Below are positions 11,231 to 24,620 of a stretch of DNA of 64,000 bases, piece after piece. The notes beneath the pieces are model-generated. The model saw only the letters and a program-made list of their open reading frames with translations, made no database searches and was not told the DNA's origin. The stretch spans positions 64,978,001-65,042,000 of the forward strand of contig NC_058368.1 in the NCBI RefSeq assembly GCF_018350175.1. Reading direction: 5' to 3'. The stretch comes from Felis catus (lineage: Eukaryota). Both the position numbers and the translations under genes were made by a program. Each line of letters begins with the position of its first letter. Position 1 is the first letter of the stretch.

Positions 11231-13039
11231 GAATTCTAGGAGTCTGTGCAGCTCCAAGTTAAATAAATAAAAAACAAAAAAGAGTTAAGTGCCTATTTAT
11301 GAATCAAACTTATTTCCAGTAAGCCATATACTCAAAAACTTTGTACCAAAGTTTCACAGGATACTGTGAAGAGATACTGATAAGCCCCCAAAATAGAAAA
11401 CATACATACATGATCATGATTTTGAGGGAATTAAAGTCAAATGGATGAGATCAACACATGAACCCAAATAAAATTGACAAAAACTTATATATTTTTTTCA
11501 ACAGTCTTGAAACAAGTGATTATGACAGGAAGAAAACATGTAGATACCTCAGGTAAAAACACAGCAAGTGGTTATAGTCTGACAATGGATAGGGACAAGG
11601 ACAGAAAGAGCTGACAGGATTGCTGAAAACTTACAGTAGTTGGAAAACTATGCATTTTATTATCATATGTCATGTGGAATTAGATACTGGGGCAAGAGTG
11701 AATTGTGGGTTTGAGAGAGAATGAGTATGGATGTTATTTGTTCCAAGAGATATAATGCAGGAATGGAAGAATTTCCATACTGGGTCAGGGAAGGTGATGC
11801 TGTAATTTAAACATCCGCATAATTCTCCTGCTTTCCATATGAGAGTGTTCCCTCCTTACACATGCACCTGTTATTTTCATAATGCCTTGTCAACCCAAAG
11901 TACAGCAAATAACATATTTTAAAATGTTACGTAGTCCCATCTGAATACAACCCCCCAATTGTGAACATCACGAGGGCAAGCAGAAAGCCAGCTATCCCCT
12001 ACAACCTCAGCACTTGGCCTGATGTGTGCTGTGGTTTGTGGATATTTTCATGACTAACATTGATATTCTTTCCAAAGATGATGGGAATGGCTATTTCCTT
12101 ATATTCTGTTTAGATATCCCCTGGGCCAATGGATTTTACCCTTAAAAAATAACATGCAAAATATTTAGAGCTTGAAATATTAACTGTATTGATTTATAAT
12201 ACACATGATGAATTGGATATGCAAGCCAAACTAATTCATTCTATTTAATAAATGTAATAAGCCTCACAATCTCTCTTGCACAACATTCTTAGACGTTTTG
12301 ACAATTTTTAGGCTCTAAGGATTAGCTACTTAATATTCTTCACTTACTGAAGTAAAACAGGCAAATTCTATCTGAAGTTAATTTTCACATTTCATTGGGA
12401 GAAAAGTTGTCTCCTCATCAGCGTTCACATTTTACTTGCAGCAGCTAATTTTTAGCAAATACTAGTAAGTGAAAATGTCATCTATTTATTCAATGCCCAA
12501 TCCAGTATCTGATACACATGCATTATAGGTCCAACAAAAAAGTCCAAATAAAAGAAAGTATTTAAAGGGCCCAAACTGTAGCAATCTTCAATTTTCCAAT
12601 TATCCCCAAAGCTCTATAGCTAGGTAGGCCTTCTTCTGGCCCATTCAGCAAGCTTTACAAGATTATACAGGAAATGTGCCCTAGATTAGGCAATGCAAAG
12701 GCAAAACAACTTGCCCTCCAGTCCTCTAATGTGCATTCAATCATTCCTCTGTTAGGCAGTAGGTGGTTTTGCACTATTTATTAGTGGGGAGGGAGCAGTC
12801 ATGTTTTACTGGTAAGTTTGCAAGCAAAATGAAACACGGCTCTGTGTTTTTAATGAAAATAATCACCGTATCAGGAATGATCATCAAAAATAGTTAGAGC
12901 ATCTACAGCAGGAGTGCTGACCAGCCAGAACAGACTCAGACCCAAACTACACCACTGAGAATACGCTGAAGAGATGGAGGCTTACCCAAAGTCAGAATGG
13001 AGTGCCAGTGGCCAGATACTAGAAATGTTTGCTGCCTTA

Positions 13040-14740
13040 AAGATGACAGATTGATCAGAATACATTTAATTTTATTCCCTCCTGCCACCCCACTAAAATA
13101 CAATATAAGGACTTGTTACCCCCCCTAAACAAAGGCTAAGTTTATGGAGAGCAAACAGAACAGGTAACAATAGCAATATTTGGAAGCTAGTAAGCAAATG
13201 GATGAGTGGTACCTAATGTAGGAGGCCCAAGAAAGTCAACTCCCAACCAACATTGAGGAGAGCAAGAACCAACCCAATGTGCTCAATCAAATCCTCAGAA
13301 GATACAGGAATAGGCATTATTCTTGGTGATAGAGGTGAAAGAAGAGTGTCTACAAAAGAAGGACTACTCAACAACAGTCCGTGATCCCTACCTCCACTCT
13401 CTCCGATACATCAGTATGACACAGGAGGTATAATCTGGGAAGGGTGCCTGGACTGGGGAATGCCACCTACAGTTCAGAGAAGGAATATTATTCTGAAAGA
13501 AAGGGGATTGACAAATACACATCTACGTCTTGGTTATATACCTCAGGAATGTTGAGACCTACACCCTACACCCAGCCTTCTTCTCCCACTTGGCTCTCAG
13601 AATTCTTACACTTGGGAATTTACTCTTAGGCAGGATGTTGGAAGAGTTTTCTCTGTAGATCTGCCTAGCTTAAGAAACAAACAGCGACAATTAAAGGGGG
13701 CCTAATAGACATGACTTCTGGTCTACAGTATTCCTGCGCCTTCTTCCCTTATACACAAAGTAAGACTACACATCCCTTCCTTTTGAGGTTAGAAATTGTC
13801 ATGTGACCAGCTTTGCCCAATAAAGTAGTGAGCAGAAGTGACATGTGTCCCTTCCCTGATGGACACTTTTAGTTGCCAGTTTGTTTCTCCACTCCTGACT
13901 CCCCATGCTCTGGTGACATTGAAGCATGTGTTGGTATGGAGTTGAGGTACTAATTTATAATAGAATTACCTTGACTGGTAATGGACATTACTAGCAATAT
14001 CTTAGAGGCATTTTTCTTCCAGCCTGACCTCTACCCTATCCTTCTGACATATGCAGGTTTCCCAACAGACACGTAAACAAGATCACGCTTGTCTAATCAT
14101 TACAGAGCCCCATTCACAAACTCACAGCTCCACTCCAGTTTTCACTCCCTACTCTTAAGTACTAGCACATAACCATGAGTCAGGGATTACCACTTATCTG
14201 ACATAAGTATGTAACATGAAAAAAGGTCTTATCTACAAGCAGAAGGTCTTATCTAAAAGCAACTTGTATTAAACAACATTCTGCAGAGAGAAAAAAATTT
14301 TCAAAACAAATACTGTAATTAGTGTCTTAACAAGGCCTGAGAAGACAAAAACCAAAAAGGTATATTTTGAGAAAAATAATCAACTTTAATAAACCTAAAA
14401 TCTGAATGCAAGAATGAAAACCTCAACAAAAAAGACTGAAGAATTAAGTTCAGAAAATTTCTCAGCAAGTAGCATGAAATGATGGAGACTGGAAGAGGAA
14501 TTCAGGAAGACACTTTCTGGAAATCCAACACTCAGATAAGGGGATTTCCAGACACCACAAAGAAAACAGAGGACAGAAAGTCATCAGTGAAAGAATTCAA
14601 GAATATTCCCCCAGCTGGACAGGAGTTTCTAGATAGAAAGGGCCACTAGGTTCCCAGCACAATGGTTATAATCATCCCACACCAAGGGACCAAGGGCTAC
14701 CATAAGATTTCAGAACACAGTGAAAGAGATATCAAATTAT
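13040..14740 (+). mobile_element. Very old L1/HAL1-like 5' UTR-ORF1 remnant, with a probable MaLR LTR inside (~13720-14040)
   Basis: ORF1-like A-rich segment (GGAAATCCAACACTCAGATAAGGGGATTTCCAGA...AGAATTCAAGAATATTCCCC...GAAAGGGCCAC) and MLT1-like CATGTGACCAGCTTTGCCCAATAAAG...AGCAGAAGTGACATGTGTC. Confidence 0.6.
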
Positions 14741-14979
14741 CTGTTTAATACATTTCTTTTATGTCCTTAAAATAAGGTTTTCAGTGGGCTCTGGATTTTT
14801 CTTCCCAACCTACCAGACAGAGCAACGTGTTCTCTTTCCAGGAGAAGAAACTGGTGAGGAAGAGCAAGGAGATGTGAGGAATGTTACTAGAACCATGGCA
14901 AAAAGGCAGTGGAGTTCTCCTTTCCTTCCCCTGTACAGCGTCTCTCATTACCAAGCCATCCATGTATCTCCTCACTGAT

Positions 14980-16100
14980 TTTTATCTCTTGAGCCATCAA
15001 TTACTGAGACAGTGGGGTTAAAATCCCCCAGTGACTGTGGATATGTCCCATTTATTTTATCCAATTATTCTGCTTTATAAATAGAAGCAGAATATTCTTC
15101 TTCTCAAAGAAAATATTCTCAAAGAAAATATTTCTTTTCTTTGAGAATGTTAAAGATAACTTAGGCGCAGAATTAGGTGTTGAATTATTTTTCTTGTCAT
15201 TAGGTAATGAACTTCTTTTTCCTTTTTAATACTTAAAACCATTTTATTTTTTTTATTCATACAATGACATCAGCTTTCTTTTGCTTGTTATTTGCTTGGA
15301 GTATATTTTTGCAAGCATTTACTCTCACCCTTGCTGTATCATTGTATTTTGCTGTGCCACGAGATTTTTTTTTAATCCGAACTGAGCGCCTGTTCTCTGA
15401 TTTTCGCTCATTTCATTTAAAGATTACTAAATTATTTGCTTATGGTTTTAACATCTGATTTTGTGTTTTCTATTTGCCAGACATTTTTGTTTGTGTGTTT
15501 GTTCTTTCCTGACTTCCATTAGATTTCATGAATCCCCTTTTCCTCAGTGGATTAGGAACATATGTATTCCATATTAATTATTTGCTAAGAGTTGAATTTT
15601 TTACATTCATTTAAATACATCATTGTCTTGACAGAAACTAAAGTTAATATTTCTCACTTCCCAAATGTACAAACACTTTAGAATGTTTTGATGATTATTT
15701 ACATGTATTTCGATCATACCCTGTTTCTAACACTCTAAATTAGTCATCTGTTGTTTTTTCAACTAACACACTTACAGTAATCGACATGTTTGCCAATTGC
15801 TTTGGTCAGTACTGTAACTTCAACCCATTCCTTCATCAGGCTGTTTCTTGGATTTTTACATATACTTTTTATTAATGTATTTAGAATTGTTTAGGGAGGG
15901 TTAAAAACATTATTCATTGTTAAAAACCTTTATTTCTTCCACATAGTTTAACTTCGTATACAATTCTGTATCCCTTCGTGTTTAGAATGAACTTTTCTTA
16001 TTCTAGTATCTAGTATTGCTCTTGAAAATTAATCTAATAATCTTTTTGTTGTTGTTGTTAAGTGCAATCTGTCTTTTCCCTGGATACTTTGTTTTCTTTT
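14980..16100 (-). mobile_element. Very old L1 (L1ME-like) remnant
   Basis: T-rich antisense L1 sequence, e.g. ATCAATTACTGAGACAGTGGGGTTAAAATCCCCCA and TTTGCTTGGAGTATATTTTTGCA. Confidence 0.65.
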
Positions 16101-17235
16101 GGGGGACTTCAGGGAAGACAGCAGAATATAAAGACCCTAAACTCACCTTGTCCCATGGATACAACTAGATAACACTCACATCATTGTAAATAACTGAGAA
16201 AATGACCCAAAGACTTGCAGAACAAACACTACAACTAAATGTAGATGGGAGGCCACACTGAAGAGGGTAGGAAATGTGGAGAAGTAGTGGAGAGTTAAGC
16301 CCCATCAGTCTAGCCACAGGAAGGAGGGAGCCACGGGCATGGAGAGAGGTAAGAAACAGACTCTCACACCAAGGAGCCTGCATAGGAAAGATAAATCCTC
16401 ACAGCATTTGGCTTTGAAAACCAAGTGGCTGAATTTTGTGAATTCTTACAACCAGTGGGACGTAAAGCCTGGAACTTTAAAAATCAGCAGACTCGGTCTG
16501 GGAGAGCCCAGAGGGTGATAGGAAGCTGAGTCCGTGCCCTGAAAGAACATGACAAACAGCCAGCGGAGATACAACATAGAAGCAGCAGTTTGAAAAACAC
16601 AGGGGGCATACAGGAAAGAGTTATTTACTAATCTCAGAGTTCCCTGAAGGACTTCTCCAGGAGCAAAGGAGCTGGCAGCCACCATTTCCCTCTCCTGCCC
16701 CCCGGCATAAACACATGGCCACCCGCAGTAACCAGCACAGCACCAGCATTCACTACCTAATTTGCTTACATCATGCTCTGCCCCTCCCAGCAGGGCCTGC
16801 CTCAGTCCTCACACTGTAGGTCTTCTTCTCTAAAAGACCTGTGCAAAACCTGCCAACACTGAGTCTCTCACCTGCACACCTTGCAGGGCTTCGGTCCAGG
16901 TGGCAGCACCTGGTCACCTCCCACTGAGGGCACATGCACCTCACCCATGCACACTTTGCAAAGTGGCTCCAGTCAGCTCAAGTCTCAGTAGCAGCTGGGC
17001 ATCTCCAATGGAAGAGACCAGTGTCACCTTGTTAAAAATGCATGCCCTGCCCACTACTTTCAAAAGCAGGAGACATAATTGACTTTCCTAACACACAGAA
17101 ATAGACACAGAGAGTTAGACAAAGTGAGGAGACAGAGAAATACGTCCCAAATGAAAGAACAAGACAAAATCACAGCAAAATATGTAAGTGCAACAGAGAT
17201 AATATGCCTGATAGGAATTTAAAGTAAAGATAGAC
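16101..17235 (+). mobile_element. Carnivore L1 5' UTR and start of ORF1
   Basis: GGGGGACTTCAGGGAAGACAGCAGAATA 5' terminus, GC-richer UTR, ORF1 start-like (V/M)RRQRNTSQMKEQDK at ~17124. Confidence 0.85.
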
Positions 17236-18315
17236 ATTTATTTGTCTAGATTAGTCTTCTGAGGTAAAGGAAATAAAAGCAAAATAAACTAGTGAGACTA
17301 CAGCAAAATAAAAAGTTTCTGCACAGAAAAGGAAAAAGAGTAGGTTTACTGAATAGGAGAAGATATTTGTAAATGACCTATCTGATAGAGGGTGAGTATC
17401 CAAAATATATATAAGGAACTTACATAAATCAACAAGAAAAAAAAACAATCTAATTAAAAAGGGGCAGAGGACATGAGCAGATATTCCTCCAAAGAAGACA
17501 TATAGATGGCAACAGATTCAAAAAAGATGCTCAGCATCACTCATCCTCAGGGAAATGCAAATCAAAACCTCAATGAGCTATCACCTTATATCGGTTAGAA
17601 TGATTAGTATCAAAAAGATAAGAAATAACAAGCGTTTGCAAGGACATGGAGAAAAAGGAACCTTTGTGCACTGTTGGCGAGAATGCAAACTGGTGTAGCC
17701 ACTACGGAAAACTGTATTGAGGCTCCTCAAAAAATTAAAAATAGAATTAGCCTATGATCTAGGAATGGCACTAATGGGTATTTACCCAAAGAATATGAAC
17801 TAGTTTAAAGGGCTATATGCACCCTTATGTTATTGCAGCATTATCTATAATAGGCCAACTATGGAAACAGCTCAAGTGTCCATCTATAGACGAATAGCTA
17901 AAGAAGAAGTGGTATATATACTCAGCAGAATATTATTCAGCTATCAAAAAAGAATGAAATCTTGCCATTGGCAAAAACACGGTTGGATTTCGAGAGTATA
18001 ATGCCAAGCAAAAGAAGTCAGTCAGAGAAAGACAAATACCATTTGATTTCACTCATATGGGGAATTTAAGAAACAAAACAAAGGAACAAAAAGAGAGAGA
18101 GAGAAATAAGCAAAAAAGCAGACTCAAATATAGAGAATAAATAGATGGCTACCAGAGGCGAGGTAGAGGGTGGATGGGTAAAATAGGCAAAGAGGATAAG
18201 AGTACACTTAACCTGATAAGCACTGAGTAATGTATACCGTTGTTGAATCACTATATTGTACAGCTGTAACTAATATAACACCATATGTTAACTACACCAG
18301 AATTAAAATTTTAAA
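17236..18315 (+). mobile_element. Carnivore L1 ORF2 C-terminus and 3' UTR
   Basis: AAAATAAAAAGTTTCTGCACAG ... GTCAGTCAGAGAAAGACAAATACC ... ATATGTTAACTACACCAGAATTAAAATT. Confidence 0.92.
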
Positions 18316-18329
18316 GAAGTGAATGAATT

Positions 18330-19545
18330 TGAGGAACTAAATAGACAGTATTCCAAGGAGACATACAAATGGCCAACAGGTACATGAGAAAGTGAGAACT
18401 CCAGGTGCTAAACATCATTAATCATCAGATAAATGAAAATCAAAACCACTATGAGATGCCACCTCACGCCCATCAGGATGGCTACTATCATAAAAAACAA
18501 AAAACAAATGTTGGTAAGAGTGTGGAGAAAGGGGAATTCTTGTGCACTGTTAGCAGGAATATAAATTGGTTCACAAACGATGGAAATAATGTAGAATTCC
18601 TTACAATATTAAACACAGGACTACCATAAGATCCAGCAATCCCAGGGTTATATATCCTTGGGTATATAACCAAAAGAAATTAAAACAGGATCTCAGAGAA
18701 ATATCTGTACTCTCATGTTCATTGTCTCATTATTCACAACAGTCAAGATAAGGAAACTGCCTGAGTCCATCACTGAGAAACTATGTAGTATATGTACACA
18801 AAGTGCAATATTCAGCCATGAGAAAGAAGAAAACCTTGCCATTTGTGACAAACTGGATGAATCTTGAGGGCATTATGGCTAAGTGAAATAACTCAGAGAA
18901 AAACAAATACTGTAGATCATTTATGTGTAATATCTAATAAAACCTAAACTCTTTTCCTAAGTAGAAGGATGGTTACCAGGGGCTAGGGGTGGGTGATGGT
19001 GAGGGAAATGGATGGATATTGGTCAAAGATGCAAACTTCAGGTATAAGATGAATAAGCTTTGGTGATCTAGTGTGCAGCATGATGATTATCACTATAATA
19101 CTATATTATATACTTGAAAGTCACTGAGAGATTAGATCTAAAATGCTCTCACCACAAAAAAGAAATGGTAATTATGTGACACGATGAAGAGGTTACCTAA
19201 AACTGTGGTGGAATCATTTGCAATATTTAAGTATTTCTTTTTTTTTCTTTTTTTTTTTAATTTTTTAACGTTTATTTATTTTTGAGAGAGACATAGCATG
19301 AGGAGAGGAGGGGCAGAGAGAGAGAGGGAGACACAGAATCAGAAGCAGTTTCCGGGCTCCGAGCGGTCAGCACAGAGCCCGATGTGAGGCTCGAACTCAC
19401 AAACTGTGAGATCATGACCTGAGCTGAAGTCGGACACTCAACCGACCGAGCCACCCAGGTGCCCCAATATTTATGTATTTCAAGTCAACACGTTGTATAC
19501 CTCAAACTTACACAATGTTATATGTCAATTACATCTCATTAAAAA
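18330..19545 (+). mobile_element. Second L1 3' fragment (L1MA-like), interrupted by a SINE
   Basis: Repeats the ORF2 end (GACATACAAATGGCCAACAGG) followed by a different 3' UTR (CTCACCACAAAAAGAAATGGTAATTATGTGA...TGTCAATTACATCTCATTAAA). Confidence 0.9.
19236..19465 (-). mobile_element. Felid Can-SINE
   Basis: TSD AATATTTAWGTATTTC, poly-T tail, head ...CCCAGGTGCCCC. Confidence 0.96.
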
Positions 19546-19696
19546 CTAAGTTGGAGAAACATTTTTTATAGTTTTTTTTTAATTTTTCTGTACTTATGTT
19601 ACCGATATATTCATTCACCTAATTATTACTAAATGCCTACTAAGTGAACACAGAAATTGGCGAGGGATACCCTGCTCTCAAAGAAAGGCAGCTATA

Positions 19697-19887
19697 GGGG
19701 CACCTGGGTGGCTCAGTTGGTTAAGTGTCTGACTCTTGATTTTGGCTCACATCATGATCTCACGGTTGCTGAATTCGGCCCCGACTCTGGCTCTGTGCTG
19801 ACAGTGCGCTGACAGCATGGAGCCTGTTTGGAGTTCTGTCTCTCTCTTTCTCTCTCTGCCTCTCTCTCTCTCTCTTTCTCTCTCTGC

Positions 19888-19920
<33 letters not shown>

Positions 19921-19941
19921 TAAACAAACTTAAAAAAAGAA
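19697..19941 (+). mobile_element. Can-SINE with a long (CT)n tract
   Basis: TSD AAAGGCAGCTATA. Confidence 0.96.
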
Positions 19942-20019
19942 AAAGGCAGCTATAGACTACCAGTTTCAAAAAGCATTAAAGATTATGAAAGTATATGTAT
20001 CAAATTATATCAAAATTTT

Positions 20020-20870
20020 TTTCTGTACCAATAAATCCTACTTTTTGAATCATTTGCAATAATGGATACACTTAGTTTTCTTAACCCAAGTTACTACTCG
20101 TGGACATTTAATTACTTTTTATTCACATTGCCCAGATTAACATTTTGTGAACAAATATGTACATATTTTCTTAATTATTCCCCAAAAATTGACTCGAATT
20201 ATTGGTTTGAGGTAACATATATTTTAAACATTTAGATAATTTGATAAATGCCCTAAGACAGGGATTGTATCCTTGACAAAACTGGCTATTATCTCCTCTC
20301 TGTCTCACCTTTGTCACTACTTATGAGAGAACGGGCATTTTATCGTGTGTGAGATTATATTTATTTGCTTTGCAGTAAAGAAGTCTTTGATTTTTTCTTA
20401 AAAATCATTAACCTTTCATCTTGTAAGTATCCATTTACTTCCTTTTGCCTTTTACCTATTGGGATTTTTGTTGTTTTCATAGGGATTGTAAGAACTCTGT
20501 GTTAAAGACATCGTCCTTTTGCTACAATATACACCTGAAATATTTTCTCGACTTCACTATTTGTCCCCTCACTTTACATTTTTATGATGTCTCATGATGC
20601 ACAGAGATTTTTTAAGAAATTTAAAGCTATTAATCTTTTATTTTATAGAGTCGGCCTAAAAATCTATATGCCTTTCCCCATCTACGCATATATTTGTAAG
20701 ACCAACCTGTATGATTTGTCTGCTTCTTTGCTATTTATACTTAAGTCTTTGGTCTCCTAGGCCCTTAAAGAATGCTGTGAGATAAATATCTAGCTTATTT
20801 TCTAAATATTTAATCAATTAGCCAGCACAGTATTTGGACAAACTCTCCTTTCTCACTGAAAACGCTGACA
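20020..20870 (-). mobile_element. Old L1 (L1ME-like) ORF2 remnant
   Basis: Degenerate T-rich antisense L1 (GATTGTAAGAACTCT; CAATTAGCCAGCACAGTATTTG). Confidence 0.6.
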
Positions 20871-21788
20871 TTTCAAAGTTCTGTAAAACAGAAGTCATGT
20901 CTAACGTCATCCAGCCAGACTGTGGTAGAGCCAATGTTTGACTGCAAGTTCAATGCTTTGATTGTGTAGTGGCAAAGAGCATGGTGCCGGGATCAAAGAG
21001 AACCACATTTGACTGGGACACACCTGGGATTTAGCTACAACCATGCTACCTTGCATAAACTACTGTTTCGGCTCCCAAACTGTAGAGGAGGGAAACGATT
21101 CTACCTACCTCAATCTGCTTGTTGAGAATGAGCCACCCATTTTATTCATTCAATGATATTTATTAAAAGCATACTACATAATAGACTATTTTAGATCATT
21201 TCTACAGGCAAATTATTTTGATTTTGTTGAATTCAAATAATGACCGATAGCACCATTTCCAACATTCAAATCTGTCCTACACTCTTACCATTGGTAGAAA
21301 AGGCACCTGGTGTGGTTTTGTTTGTTTGTTTTTTAAGAATCACCAAAGTCAGAAGAGAACACCTGTAAATGAATGGTATATGTTCGGTCTCCAACACAGT
21401 GTCTGACAGAGAGGTAGCAGACAGTAAATTCTGTAAATGAGTGACTAAATTAAGAATTCTTGCCCATGTGATTTTCCTTATTAAAAAATAGAGAATAAAT
21501 TATCTTTAAACATAGTCTTCATTTTTCAGTGAAGCTAAGAAAATTTTTCAAGTATGTGGATAGATGAAATGGAGAGAGAGGAAAAAATACCCACATTCCC
21601 CTGTTTCGAGGAAAAGACTGGCATATGCATGACAAAAAAAAGAAGCTACAATCCTCTCAGGTTCATTGTGCCATTTTGATTCAACATGGTTTACTTGCCA
21701 CATAAATTCTAACCTTGAGTACTTCCAGTTGTTTGATTAATACAGCAAAAGAAGTACATAATCAGCCATCCCAGATCAAGGAAGGAAA

Positions 21789-21790
<2 letters not shown>

Positions 21791-21839
<49 letters not shown>
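21791..21839. repeat. (AC)n microsatellite, about 24 units
   Basis: Direct reading. Confidence 0.98.
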
Positions 21840-21840
<1 letters not shown>

Positions 21841-21919
21841 TCTGGGTTCTGTCCTTCTGTGTTCCCAAGTTAAATGTTAATTTCTTGGTGGCCAGTAAAG
21901 TGCTTGAAGTCAGCACAGC

Positions 21920-22130
21920 AAGAGGTCAGAACACAGGCTGGGTCTGGACTTGTGGATTAGACACCTGGTTCCGCTGTTCACATGTTACTTAACCTCCCAG
22001 TGCCTCAGTTTCCTTATCTGTAACAACAGGCACAGTAACAGTGCCTACTACAAGTGGCTGTCATGAGAATTAAGTAAGTTAAGATGTGTGAACTGTTTGG
22101 AACAATAGTGGCACCATAGCATGTGCTCTA
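21920..22130 (+). mobile_element. MIR
   Basis: Core GTTACTTAACCTCCCAGTGCCTCAGTTTCCTTATCTGTAA. Confidence 0.88.
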
Positions 22131-23520
22131 TAGATATCGCCAAATAAATTAATATATGACACTTCCTTAGCGGAGCTTTTTTCTAAGTTACATCCCTTTA
22201 CATACTTCATAGCACTAACCATCATGCATGGACAAATTTTAATATTATATTTATTGTTATAACAATATGACTGTGTTCCCTCAGGGACAGAACTAGGAGT
22301 TCATTGGCATCTTATATATTTCTATTATGCCTTAAAAAATTATTCAAAGATTATTTTGCTTTCCTTTAATACATTAATGTAAGAAATTCCCAAACTAATT
22401 TTTTTTCTTTTATGGGTTTTTGGTTAAGCTTTAGTATAATTTACAAGCTTCATTAAATTCCTGTAAGAAAACAATCATTGCATCAAATAATTGTGGGGCT
22501 AGCCTTCTTGGCACACTCAGATTTCTTAACAGATGTCAAGACCACATTGTGATTTGATCCAAAACTGCAGCCTTGACTGAAAGGCTCTTGAAGGAATCTT
22601 TAATTGTTGTCATATAACTCTTATCTCAAGGGTCCATCAGCCTTAGAACTATCACACTTATTAATAACATCTCTACCTCAGATGTTAAAATGACATCTGA
22701 TTGAAGGTGGGCGATCCCTCCTGGCACTGCCTGACTTGCAGACATAAGATTTAACATCTTTCTACATCTACATCATTTCTAACACCTTTCTACTTATTTT
22801 TACTCATCATGATACCCCTGAATCCAGACCAGTACCTAGCTTCTGAATCAATGAAGCTCAAAAAGGCATAAGAAAGTTACTGATGAATCCAACCCAGGTA
22901 CCTCTTCATAGTACTTTAAAAAAGAAAAGTAAATCCATTCAAGCTCAAATTTATACAGTTATCTTGGAAAAAATTTTTTTTTCATTGCCTAAAGTCCTCA
23001 TAGCTCCTTGTTAAGTTCTGGCCATAACAAGTATAAACCCATGACTAAAATATTCACATTCCATTTCCTATTAAAAAAATGAATCCCTAGTTTATTCATC
23101 TTGCCTAATGACACAGAAGGGCAAAACAGGTACCCAAATAATGAATAATAATGTAAGATCTCAGACTGTAAAATCAATATGTCAGATCAGTAGAGCTGTG
23201 CTTTGTTTTAATGTTCTCATCCCTGAGTGCAGTAGAGCTTTACCTTCTGAATTATATATATGTATTGACCTAATTATATAAATATTGACTTTTCCTTATA
23301 TGAGGATTTTTTGCCAATCCACTGTAATTATGATGTCAATATTTGTGGCTGTAGTAACATTGAATTTAAACTTTATTAATTGTGACTGATAGGGGCATGC
23401 CATGAGATATTTCAGGTGGCCACGTGGTCTCAGAACATTGGTGGTAATACAAAAGTGATGTCAATACTTCCCTACATATATTGTAGTAAGGTAAACTTCT
23501 TTAAGAAGATGACTATTTCA

Positions 23521-23712
23521 GGGTGCCTGGGTGGCTCAGTCAGTTAAGTGTCTGGCTCTTGATTTTGGCTCAGTTCACGATTTCATGATTCCTGAGTTTG
23601 AGCCCCGTATTGGTCTCTCTACCAATAGCATGAAGCATGCTTGAGATACTCTCTCTCTCTGTGCTCCTCCTCTGCTCACTCTGCCTCTCTCTCAAAAATA
23701 AACTTTAAAAAA
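23521..23712 (+). mobile_element. Can-SINE
   Basis: TSD AAGATGAYTATTTCA. Confidence 0.95.
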
Positions 23713-24384
23713 AGATGATTATTTCACCCCAAATAATCTGGGGGCTGGTCTCCAGAGCGTGTCAGGTTTCATAACACAGACAAGTAATAACCAAGATGCA
23801 CCTGGATCTTGGTCTTTAATTTGGGCCATTTTTTAAAAAAAATCAAACATTCATTCCTAACTTTAATCCCCACCCTATTAACAAATTCTTTGATCTTTTG
23901 ACAGATGTTTACACCTCCATCCCCACAGCTGTGTATGTGTACAAAGGATATCATTTAGTATTTGTTATTCTTTGATATTTTTCCAATAAGGACCCTATGC
24001 ATAGTTAAGTCTAAAACAAAATACAATCTGTATAAATTCGACATTTTAAAAATGTCCTAATTATTTCTCCTTACATGGTTTTATTTTCACTAGAAATCTT
24101 TCACACAGTTACCAGAATTATTACATCTCTGAGGCAAGCAATAGTGCCGTACCTCGGGACATTTTAATTAAATTTTTTTGTAACCAATCAATGACATTAG
24201 AAAATATTCCAAATGCTTTAAAAAAGCCAGAGACCTTTTTGAGAACTCCAACTCAAGGGCCTGTACTCTCCAATTTAAGAACAGAAGTACCTGTGTCACA
24301 TTATTCATTTAGAGTTAGGCAAACACTTGGGGAATGCTATGAAAATACTATGGTATCCACATTTTGAGTTTAAGAGCTGTTCTA

Positions 24385-24575
24385 GGGGTGCCTGGGTGGC
24401 TCAGTACGTTGAGTGTCTGACTTTGGCTCGGGTCATGATCTTGTGGTTCGTGAGTTCAAGCGTGGCATCCGGCTCTGTGCTGACAGGGCAGAGCCCACTT
24501 CAGATCCTCTGTCCCCCTCCCTCTGCCCCTCCCCTGCTCGCGCTCTCTCAAAACTAAATAAACATTTTTTTAAAA
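24385..24575 (+). mobile_element. Can-SINE ending about 70 nt upstream of the GPC5 acceptor
   Basis: GGGGTGCCTGGGTGGCTCAG head; degenerate TSD AAGAGCTGTTCTA / AAAAGCCATTCTA. Confidence 0.94.
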
Positions 24576-24620
24576 AGCCATTCTAGACACATCATGGTGA
24601 GGTGGTCATGCATTATCATG

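Noticed and set aside
14223..14261. 20-bp tandem duplication AAGGTCTTATCTAMAAGCA
   Set aside because: An ordinary slippage duplication inside an old repeat.
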